A stretch of 64,000 nt of DNA from assembly GCA_002269645.1 (NCBI GenBank), contig NIVC01000889.1:62001-126000 (forward strand). Direction: 5' to 3'. Positions within the stretch are counted from its first letter, which is position 1. Each line of letters starts with the position of its first letter. The notes below the pieces were generated by a model, which was not told the DNA's origin, searched no databases, and saw only the letters and a program-made list of their open reading frames with translations. Position numbers and translations under genes: made by a program. This document shows, in pieces, positions 47,401 through 58,600 of the stretch. Source of the stretch: Macrostomum lignano (lineage: Eukaryota).

Positions 47401-50041
47401 ATGCTATCGTCTATGGCCAGACCTGGCGGCAGCGGTCGTCGCAGGCGGAACAGCCAGGGGGAGCCATCGGCGGGAGATCAACAGCAGCCGCAGCAGCAGC
47501 GGACGGTTCTCAGCGCCAAGCAGAGCAGGCTGTCCCCGGTGGTGCAGGCTAGCAACTGCAACAGCAAAGCCATGGTGCTGCAGAAGACGCCTGTCCAGCA
47601 GCAGCAGCATCCGGCGGCTCAGCTGCATCACCTGGGCCATCAGATTCGAACTGATACTGGGCGAAACGATTACTACACAGTCCTAACCCCGGAGGACCTC
47701 TGGGACTCCATGCAGCGAGTCATTGACAGTGCCGCTGAGGTGCTGCACTTGCCCAGACAGTACATCCGGCTTCTGCTGAGGGCCTTTCGCTGGGACAAGG
47801 ACCGACTGCTGGACAGGTGAGTGGGCCGCTGCAACTCTCAGGGTCCTTTAGAGGGCCGCTGCAACTCTCAGGGTCCTTTGGAGGGCCGCTGCAACTCTCA
47901 GGGTCCTGTGGGGGCCGCTGCAACTCTCAGGGTCCTTTGGAGGGCCGCTGCAATTCTCAGGATCCTTTGGAGGGCCGCTGCAACTCTCAGGGTCCTTTGG
48001 AGGGCCGCTGCAATTCTTAGGATCCTTTAGAGGGCCGCTGCAACTCTCAGGGTCCTTTGGAGGGCCGCTGCGACTCTCGGGGTCCTTTGGAAGGCCGCTG
48101 CGACTCTCGGGGTCCTTTGGAGGGCCGCTGCAATTCTTAGGATCCTTTGGAGGGCCGCTGCAACTCTCAAGGTCCTTTGGAGGGCCGCTGCATCTCCCAA
48201 TTAGAGTCTCAGGTTATCCAACCGATCTGTGCTTTGCCAACCCGCAGCTATTATGAAGCAGACCCAGACGAGTTCCTAGCCAAGTACCACATACCGCAGC
48301 AGCAGCAGCAGCAGCAACAAGAAAAGCAGCCGCACAGCTCAGCAGAAATGTGCGAAATCTGCCTGGCCGAATCTCCGAGTTTAAGCGGAGCCGGCTGCGG
48401 GCACAGGTTCTGCTCGGACTGCTGGACCGCCTACCTGGAAGAGAAGATGGCATCCAATGGCCAGTTCGATGCGTTCCAATGCCCGGCGCACAGGTGCCCA
48501 GCCCAGGCGGACGACTTCTTGGTGGATCAGCACCTGATTAATGGCCGGCTGCGCTCCCAGTACCGCCGATCCATTCTCCAGACCTACGTGTCAAACACTC
48601 GCCGTCTGGCCCCGTGCCCCGGCCTCGACTGCGACATGGCCGTCAGCTTGACCGACGACACTGGCGGCCTGGTCTGCCGCGTCACCTGCCGCTGCGGCAA
48701 GTCGTTCTGTTTTGCCTGCGGCAACGACTGGCACGAGCCGATTGGCTGCGAGATGCTGCGCAGATGGTTACAGAAGAATGAAGGAGAGTCCATGAATACT
48801 CAGTGGTTTCTGGTGCACACTAAGGTAAGTGCGACCGGTGCACAGGTGTGGGCTTCTACTCTTGTTCTGAGGATAATTCCCTTTTTTGTATGCAATAAAC
48901 TGTGAACTGTCAATGGGATAATTCTCCCCGTTTAGTATGGGATTAACTGTCAATAGGATAATTCTCCCCCTTTTAGTATGGGATAATTCTCCCCCTTTTA
49001 GTATGTGATATAAACTGTCAATGGGATAATTCTCCCCCTTTTAGTGTGGGATAAACTGTTAATGGGACAATTCTCCCCCTTTTGTATGGAATGAACTACC
49101 AATGGGATAATTCTCCCCCTTTTGTATGGAATGAACTACCAATGGCATAATTCTCCCCTTTTCTATTGGATAAACTGTCAATGGGATAATTCTCCCCTAT
49201 AAAAGAAGTGACTTGTTCCATTGACAGCTTATCCCCTGTAAAAGAGGAGAATTATCCCATTGACCGTTTATCCCATACAAAAGGGGATACATGTAAACTG
49301 TAATTAGGATAATTATATGGGATGAACTATAATTAATCTCCTGTTTACCGGCCGCCACCAGCCCTGCCCCAAGTGCCACGCCACCATCGAGAAGGACGGC
49401 GGCTGCAACCACATGGTGTGCCGCAACGTGAGCTGTCGCTACGAGTTCTGCTGGGTGTGCATGGGCGAGTGGCAGCCCCATGGCAACCAGTGGTACAATT
49501 GCAACAGATTTGACAAGGACCGAGCTGACAAGCTCAAGCAGGCGCAGGCGGTCTCTAGGGACTACCTGGTTCGCTACCTGCACTATTACGATTTTACATG
49601 AATCATCGCCGCTCCATGGAGCTGGAGTCGCGCCTCATTGGCATCATCAGCGCCAAGATGACGGAGATTCAGCAGGCTGGCCTGTCCTGGGTGGAGTGCC
49701 GGTTCCTACGCGACGCGGTGGACGCGCTGTGCAAATGCCGCCGGGTGCTCATGTACACCTACGTGTTCGCCTATTACCTGAAGCCCAGCAATCAGCAGAG
49801 AATATTTGAGGACAATCAACGCAATCTGCAGCTGACTACCGAGGCACTCAGCGAGGTGCTGGAACGCGAGCTGGACCTCGCTAATCTTCAGCGCCTGAAG
49901 CAGAATGTGCAGGATCGCTACCGTTATTGCACTAGCCGGGCGGCTGCACTCCTGCAGCACGTCTACGAGGGCTATCAGGGCGACTGGTGGACCTTCGATA
50001 TGAATGGCGGCCAGCCTTCGCCTGGAAATCCGAGCGGTTGA
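47401..50041 (+). CDS. ARIH1: Ariadne-1-like RBR E3 ubiquitin ligase; exons 47401-47816, 48248-48824, 49362-50041; one apparent 1-bp deletion at 49592-49595
   Basis: RING1 CEIC...CGHRFC..CW, IBR CPGLDC...[22 protein letters not shown]2 [19 protein letters not shown]...EFCWVC...WYNCNR, Ariadne domain [15 protein letters not shown]; canonical splice sites in phase. Confidence 0.92.
47821..48192. repeat. 30-bp minisatellite in ARIH1 intron 1, about 12 copies
   Basis: Unit gagggccgctgcaactctcagggtcctttg. Confidence 0.93.
48905..49290. repeat. Degenerate gggataattctcccc repeat in ARIH1 intron 2
   Basis: About 8 imperfect units. Confidence 0.8.
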
Positions 50042-50139
50042 CCGACTATCTCACTTGGTCGAGCTTAACTATATGACTGTTAATGTGATCGCTCTTGAAG
50101 TATTCCATTGCAGAATCCACTCTCAAAAGTAGCTCTCCT

Positions 50140-50570
50140 TGAAAGCGCCGCTTTAAACTTGCCGCACTTTAAAGTAGTCACTTTGAAGTTGCCGCTTTTT
50201 GAAGTTGCCTCTTATTTGAAAAAGCCGCTCTTTGAACTGCCGCTCCTTTGAAGTTGCCGCTCCTTTGAAGTTGCCGCTCTTTGAAGTTGCCGCTCTTTGA
50301 AGTTGCCGCTCCTTTGAAGTTGCCGCTCCTTTGAAGTTGCCGCTCCTTTGAAGTTGCCGCTCTTTGAAGTTGCCACTCCTTTGAAGTTGCCGCTCCTTTG
50401 AAGTTGCCGCTCTTTGAAGTTGCCACTCCTTTGAAGTTGCCGCTCTTTGAAGTTGCCACTCCTTTGAAGTTGCCGCTCTTTGAAGTTGCCACTCCTTTGA
50501 AGTTGCCGCTCCTTTGAAGTTGCCACTCTTTTGAATTTTCCGCTCATTTGAAACAGCCGCTCTTTTGAAT
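50140..50570. repeat. 16/17-bp minisatellite downstream of the ARIH1 stop
   Basis: Unit ctttgaagttgccgct(c). Confidence 0.9.
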
Positions 50571-51274
50571 ATACCGCTGCTCTCTGCGTCTCTCCCTCCT
50601 ATTTCAACATTTATTAATATTGTCCCGTCTTTTCGGCCAGTGCTCCCCCAATACAGTTGGCCTTTGGTCAGGCCTTACCCCCTCTCACTTTGTCTTCATT
50701 CGAGTCTTCAGCTCATTTATTTATTTATTTATTTATTTATTTTACCTGCGTCGGATTTTGGTAAATCATCACTAACACGGTGGGTTCTTCATGAGAGATT
50801 TTAGCTGGTCTCGCGCTCGCTCTGTCTGCAGTTTGTTGTTTTAAATAACTGCAAATTATCCTTTGCGCTCGCACCTGTGCGGCTTTATAAAACCAAACAA
50901 GTGAGTTATTATTTTCGTCATTTGCCCAACGAAGCAAAGTCTTAAGCATCAGTTATGGATTTGAAATGAGACATTTTTAGTTTAAAACAAGACAAAAGGA
51001 ATTTTATTTGAAACGAAAATAGCACTGGGCATTTTGGCGCATATTAAGTTTCGCTTGTTATAAATGGCGCTTACTTTTTTTACTTGCTTGGTCGAACTAG
51101 TTCATTGCGGCACAGTCTGATTTGAGGCTGTATAAAAATGGTCGTTTAAAAACTTTCATTTTCATATGAAAATATACTTATGCAGAGTCTGATTTAGTCT
51201 TGCGAATTTGCCAATTCTTTCAAAAACTTATACAATCTATTTTCTTATGTTTTTGTCCGTTCTGGTGCCAGCCA

Positions 51275-51625
51275 ATCAGCGATGAGCGTCACAGTTTGCT
51301 GTTCACTGGAAAATTGTACTCGGCATTGGCTACTTCCTTAGCCAGTTATCGACGAGCGCTACACACAGTTGGCTGTTCACTGTACAATTGGCTACTTCCT
51401 TAGCGAATCAGCGATGAGCGCCACACACAGTTGGCTGTTCACTGTACAATTGGCTACTTCCTTAGCGAATCAGCGATGAGCGCCACACACAGTTGGCTGT
51501 TCACTGTACAATTGACTACTTCCTTAGCCAATCAGCGATGAGCGCCACACACAGTTGGCTGTTCACTCTACACTGTTCACTGTACAATTGTACTCGGCAT
51601 TGGCTACTTCCAATCCTTAGCCAAT
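51275..51625. repeat. ~60-bp tandem repeat, 4-5 copies
   Basis: cacacagttggctgttcactgtacaattggctacttccttagcgaatcagcgatgagcgc. Confidence 0.85.
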
Positions 51626-52676
51626 TAGTAATGTCAGTCAAGGTAATATTTGAAAAAAATGTTTAATATAGCCGGGCCATCAATGCGATCAAATAGCAAA
51701 AGAATGGTGCCACGTTGTATTTATTATTATATAGACATTTTGGCAAATCAAACGCAGACAGTCGCTAAGAGACAAAAAAGCACAAGCTATTCTGTGTAAA
51801 ATAGTATGCTCTTATATAATTAGCTAAAATGAAGTTCAAATGACTCATCATGACGTTATAAGCAGTTCAAATGCAGCGTGAAAGCAAAGCGGAAATTTTT
51901 TTCGCAAAAATCAGGTAAGTTTGTTCATTGATCAGGTTGCTGACAGTAGTATATGGGTATAAAAAGCAAAATATATATATTCGCTGAAATCTAAAGTTTT
52001 AAAACTGATGTAGGAGGCATTTTTGGAGTGACGGTATCGCCTCATCCCTGCCAGTCAAATAGCGTGTGAGAAGGGGTTTGATAAGAAGATAAGTACCCCC
52101 TGTGTGCAAGTAGAACGCTGCACTCTCTTTTAATATGCATTTTAGAGAAAATAATTTTCCAGTCTTTGAGCGCTTGTAAGTTCGAGTAATTCTGTAGGCC
52201 TTTTTGTGCTTGATGCTGCAAAAACGTTTCACGATTCACGGCTCGTTGAATTGTGAAGTAAACGAAAGCAAATTCAAATTCGCGCCAGAAGGAAGGCGTT
52301 GTTAAATAAAACTTCAATGCCAATAAAATATCTTGTGAAACACACTAAAGAGAAAAATTCTGAAAAGTCACCGTTAAGCTGAAATTCTGAGTTTATGGTG
52401 AGTTTTTTTAAACTGTGTTTCATTTTTATTAACTAATGCCCGTGTCTTTGTTGAAAATTCGAACTCACGGAACGAAATTGTAAAGGGAATTTATCCAAGG
52501 GCACAGGTTGATGCAAATAGAACAGCCAAGCAAGCAGAGATAATATCGGAAACTGACTTACTGAATGCTATAAAAAATGCAAAAAAAATATTTTGAAGAT
52601 AAATTTTCCCAGATGAAATACTATAAAGATGTTCTTTATTCGGCCTTCAAAAAGCCCTTTTCTTTGCTTCCTAGCC

Positions 52677-55600
52677 TCAGAAGGTCACAAGCAATAAAAG
52701 TGCAAGAATAACGGCAGCAGCTGTCAACATGAAGGCAATGTGCCGCCTGCGACGGTAACTCGCTGCGCTGTTTAGATGCTGGACTACAGAATCTGGTCGC
52801 TCGTCAGCTGTTGCACCTTCACCACTGGCCGTTGTCGGCTGTTTCGAATGTTGCCTGGTCACCATCGGCATCGCCTGGCCAGCCGGGAGGTCGCCGGTGC
52901 CGTGAATCAGCAGCGACCAGCTGTGCAGGGTGGCTGCGGGACGGGATGAACCAAATTCATGCAATGTACCGAGGACTTTTTTTGAGGCAGGGGGGTTGTG
53001 TGCACCCTGGCGCACTTTAAGCGACATAGGCACACAACCGGCGAGAGGCATTACTGCCCATTCCGCCGACTCCCCTGAGCTGGCACACAAGCGCGCGGAT
53101 ACGTACGCAGGCACACACTCACACAGTAGTGTACAGCGGCCCTAACTTTATATTATCGTTAGGCATGTACACTTCACTGCGCCTTGGGGGGTTGGCTCTC
53201 AAGGCCGTTAATTGCACGAGCAGAGCCAAGCCGAGATTCCAATTCAGCCCCAAATTAATGTGACTGCACTTGGAATCGAGCCTGGGTCGCTGGCACACCA
53301 GAGCAGCTGAAAATCATCTCGCTTGGAGGGTGGAACTTTTGACTGAGTAAATAAGAAAGGCACAGCATATCAAAAGATCAACATTGGGTTTGTCTCCATC
53401 AAAAGCAATGACAAATTTTGTATTGACCTAAATGTATCTCCCTCATGTCTTTTTTAGGTCAAATCCACCTCAAATTTTACAAGAAACGTAGTATCCCGTC
53501 CTTCTTCCGTACTTCAGTAGTCCTTGCAATGTTCATGTAATTAGACCACGCTTTGAGCTCCTGCTGCAAAATTAATACCCACTCTAAATCATAAACACAG
53601 GTGAGACAACGTTTGACTAATGCATTACAAAACAACCTGACCGTGAAGAACCACTTCTGTACGTGTGAACTAATAATAACAATAATATACATGAGCTGCC
53701 TCAAAAGTATCTCACTCACCTAAGCACCCGTCGCAGCGAATGACGAGCTGCCACGTGCCTCTGGAAGGCTCGCCCCAATTATGCACGGTCATAAATGGCC
53801 ATTGGTGAAAGCCGCCTGGGTTCTGGAGCGGCAACGTTTGGGCGCGGCGGCTTTGTTAGATTTTTATCTAAAGTGTGTCTTTCATCAACCCCATGCTCAT
53901 GCGGGGCAGAGCAACTCAGCGCCACGGACCCCCGGTTCGATCCCGTGCGCGGCCCACATTCATTCTTGGGGAGTTGGTTGTCGCCAACCAACCCCCCAAG
54001 GCACGGAGAGTGTACATGCCTGACTGATTAGAAAGCCAAGGCTGCTGTACACCCTGTGTGAGCGAGTGTATGAGTGCGTGCCTGCGTACACTATCCACAC
54101 GCTTGAATGTGCTCAAGAGTCCGCGGAACAGGCAGAACCGTCACAGAGCTATCGACGAAGACGCTGTGCCAGGGTGTTCACATTCCCGCTTTTCATCCAT
54201 CCTCACCCCAGGCATCCCCAAACTCGCCTTGTCCTTCGGCCTCCGGCTGAGCAGCTGGCTGACCGTGCCCAGCGGCGAGTGCAGCCACATCTGCACACCG
54301 CCCCGTCGCGTGGCCGTTAGCGCCACCCTGACCTGCACGTGCTCAACGAAGGCCACCTCCCTACTGGGGCTCAGACTGGCGCATCCGTCGGTTGCGAGTC
54401 GAAATGTCCGCTCGAAGCCGTCCTCAACGCTAACCGAGAGGCCCTCCTGGCCGCCCGCGTCGCAGCTGCGCAGCCGCGGCACCGAGCGCCAGGTCCGGGC
54501 CAGCCGGACCATCGCCAGCGCGTCCATCAGGCCGTAGCCGAACTCGTGCGACACCTTTTTACCGACGCCGTTGATTCTCCAGGTGGTGCGCAGGTAATCT
54601 GACGGATTTGACGAGCGCACGGTCAGGTGTTGAACGTCGCGCCAGCCGAGGCCCGGGTTGGCTGACAGGGCGAGCGACACGATGCCGGCAGCGATTGGGG
54701 CGCTGGCGCTGGTGCCGGTGTGGTTCTCCGTGCACCGGCCGTGCAGGTCGGTGGTCACCATGGCTCGCTCCTGGAGGCCGCTGTCGCCGCTGGGTTGGCA
54801 AGAAACGGACGGGAACAGGGGCTGAGTTTTAAACAAAGTGCGAAAGTGCTCAAACGTCAGCACACTGTATGAATGGTTGAGAGCTGCTCAAACGTCAAGA
54901 CACTGTATGAATGGTTGAGAGCTGCTCAAACGTCAGCACTTGACTTACTTGACTTAGCTGCAGGGTGGTCCGTAGACACAGCGGGGAGGCGAGGGTCGCC
55001 CATTCCGCTAGCCCCTGAAGGCCCGCAGACAGGCAGAGGCGTGGGGCCGGTCAGGGTGGTCCGCCGGTCCGTCCTGCAGCGTGATCTTCCGTTGGGAAGA
55101 AACTGGCTCGTCTAGTCGCCCGAAGGAACTGGATGAGCCGTGGGATGCTGTCGGGCTGGCAAACCTCGTCAATGGACGGGTTCGGCCCGAGGTAGCGTAG
55201 CCGGTCTCTGTTAAAGAAAGGGCAGTGACAGACAAAGTGCTGAGCATCTTCATTGTCGCACTCGCAAAAGGGGCAAATTTCGCTCTCGAGGTCGCCTCGG
55301 AGGAAGCAGTGCCTGGCGAGGTAGCCATGGCCGGTAAGGGTCATGACAAGGGCTCGAATATCCTTCCGATTCTGGTTCAGAAGGATGTTTCTGAGCCTGT
55401 GAGACGGGCAAGGAACCGCGGCACGAGATTGCCGGCAGTTTTGGGTGCCCGCCCATCTGTCCCTGTGGAGGGAGTCAGCCCAGTCGTCGATCTGACGATT
55501 GATGACTGTCAAGGGCATAGGGACCAGGGGGGCAGGGCCGAAAAAAGAGCCAGAGCCGCCCCTCTTGGCGAGGGTGTCTGCCAGCTCGTTCCCCGGAAAC

Positions 55601-58600
55601 CCTGCGTGCCCTGGGATCCACTTCAGCCTGACAGTATTGCTTCTGGCCAGGAGGTTGAGCTGCCGGGCGCAGTCGGCGACTGTCCGGGAGTTCGTTGTGG
55701 TGTGGCAAAGGGCCTGTAAGGCCGCTTGGCTGTCGGAGTGGATGACAATAGTCTTTCCTCTCGTAACCTTGGCGTTTAGCTCTGCAGCGCAAGAGCTGAT
55801 GGCAAGGACTTCGTTCTGGAAGACTGTGGAGAGTCTACCAGTGTGCTGGGCATGCGTGGCAATTACGCGGCCGTTGATGATGATGCAGACCCCAAAGCCG
55901 GCGCGACCGTCTTTGATGGATCCGTCCGTGTAGCAATGGACCTCCTGGAAATTCCAGTGGTCATTGGCAGCATCCCTAGAGGGGATGGTGACCTTGTAGC
56001 GCTGAAAGAGGTTGAGAGTGCGGGGTTCGCCGTCAGATAGGACGTGGAGCCCGCCGCTGTCTCTCAAGTCCTTGAGGCAGAGGTCAGCGTGGGGCAGAAG
56101 CTTGCGCTTAGCCATGGCCCTATGGGGCTGGATTCGAATGCCAGCGTCAGCTAGACGGCGGGCAGTCTTAGCCGCTTCCCTGCGGACAAAGATGTCCAGC
56201 GGAGGAATGTTGAGGAAGGCGTTGAGGCCATCGTAAGGAGCAGACGGAGGGGCGCTCATGATCGTGCGACAAGCGCGCCCTTGCGCTCTCCTGAGAGCCT
56301 CTAGACAGGTCTTTATCTGCAGGGCGCTAGCCCAGATCAGGCCGCCATACGAGATAGCGGGCCTAACCATTGCAGTGTAGATCCACCAGAGGCGCTTGGG
56401 GTGAGCCCCCAGGTGGTGCCGACGGCCCTGCGCAATTGCGCGAGGACTGCGAAGGCCTTTTTGGCTTTTGTTTGAACGTGGGGAGACCAGTTCAGCCTGT
56501 GGTCCAGGGTAATACCCAGACATTTAGTCTGCTTGCAGAAGGGGATTTCCCTTCCGTAAAGCGTGAGCGGCCGAATCTGCCACTTGGTCCTGCTGGTGAA
56601 CATGATCGCTGCGGTCTTAGTCTCAGAGAGCCTTAAACCACAGCGGTCCGCCCATTGCTCAGCAGCGTAGATGAAGTTCTGAAGAAGGTCCCTGAGGGTA
56701 TCAGGGGACGGACCAGATGCCACCGCGGTGACATCGTCCGCATATCCAACTTTCAGAATGGGGTCAGGCCGAACATCCCGGAGGAGCTCATCATGACCAT
56801 ATTCCAGAGAACTGGAGACAGCACCCCACCTTGCGGGCTACCTTTGCAGACGGGGACCGTCCTCTGGTAGCCCAGCAGACTGGCGGTGGCCGTGCGATGG
56901 CTGATCATGTACATGATCCATCTGGTGAGATGTGAGTGCGTTAGCCTCTCACAAAGAGCTCTTCGGAACGCCTCAAAGAGGACGTTATCGAAGGCGCCAA
57001 TGATGTCCAGGAAGATCCCCAGAGCAAAGCCACTACCAAGCACGGCCTTCTCGAGTTTATCGACCAGGACGTGCAGCGCGCTTTCAGTGGAGCGACCCGC
57101 CCGAAAAGCGTGCTGGTTCTCGCTGAGAGGTTTGTTCTTCAGCTCAACAGAGAGAAGGCGCCAAAGCACCAGTCTCTCCATCAGCTTGACCAGGGAGGAG
57201 GTCAAGCTGATCGGTCTGAAGGATTTGATAGAATGGTAGTCCGGGCGGCCTGGCTTAGGGATAAAGATCACCTTTGCCTCGGTCCATGCCTGCGGGACAT
57301 AACCAAGCGTGATGCATGCCCGAAGAAGGCTGCAAAGTTTGCGCAGGAAGCCTGGGCATTTAACCGCCTCTCTTAGAAGGGCCGGTACAATGCCGTCGGG
57401 TCCTGGGGCTTTGAAAGGCTTGAAGGAATTTGCCGCTCTCACAATGCGGTCCTCCGTGATGATAGATGCAGCCAGCGCGTGACCTCCCTCCGAGTGATCC
57501 GGAGTGGTCTGGTTAGCTGGCTCGTTAGGGAAAAACGCAGTGAGCATTACATCAAGCGTTTCCCCTGGGTTGTCCGTGGACGTACCGTCGGTGCGTTTGA
57601 CCGAGGAGAGCTTAGACATTTTGTCCAGCGTGAGCGCTTTCACAACTCTGGAGGTGGGGCGTGAGCCCTCTAGCTCCTCACAGTATTGTCGCCATTTTTG
57701 AGCCTTTGCATTCCTAACCTGCCTTTTAAACTCATGAATTGCTTCATGATAGGCGGTTTGGTCTGCAGGGCTCTTAGTTTTAGTTGCTCTGCGGTGGAGT
57801 CTCTTAGCCCTGCGACGGAGGTTGCCGAGCTCGGGATTCCACCACGGCGCCGATTTTTTCCCTTTATAGGCTTTTAAAGGGCAGGACGCCTCAAAGGCGG
57901 CGGTTAGCGTCTCTGTCAAAACAGTCGCGCACTCATCCGCCTCTCGGCACGACGTGATCGTGGATGGTTGGCCAGGAGACCGATGGAATTCCTTCAGGGC
58001 GAGCCCGAAGGTTTCCCAATCCGTATTTCTGGCGTTCCGTCTCCACATAACACGAGTTGCGCTACGCGCGGCCATTAGGTTGAAGGAGATGAACTTGTGA
58101 TCCGATAGTGAGGACACTGGAAGCACCCGCCACGCCCCAATACTCTGGTAGAGTCTGGGCGTTGCGAGCGTAGCGTCGATCACCTCCGACCACCGTCCGT
58201 TGTCAAAGGTAGGGGTGGACCCAGAGTTGCAGAACTCGAGGGTCGTAGAGGCAACGTAGGCTAGGAGGTCTTCGCCTCTCTGATTAATGCCAGTGCTGCC
58301 CCAGTGAGTGTGGTGGGCGTTGATGTCGCCGGCAACCATGAGCTCGTAGTTTTTGGCAGAGCAGAGCTCTACCAGCGTAGCGAGGGCTCTGGGGACGACC
58401 GCAGCATCGCCTGGTAGGTAAACCGAGGCAATGAGGGTGGTCTTCCCAGGAAGAAGGTCCTCGGATTGGATGACGCAGATGTCCCTGTTGGACAGGTCCG
58501 ATCTGAGCCACGCACTGAGCGTTTTGCTCGCAAAGATGCAAGCTCTGGGAGGCTGGTTGGCCTCGCGAGGGTAAGTATAAAAACAATTGTAGCCAGCAGG

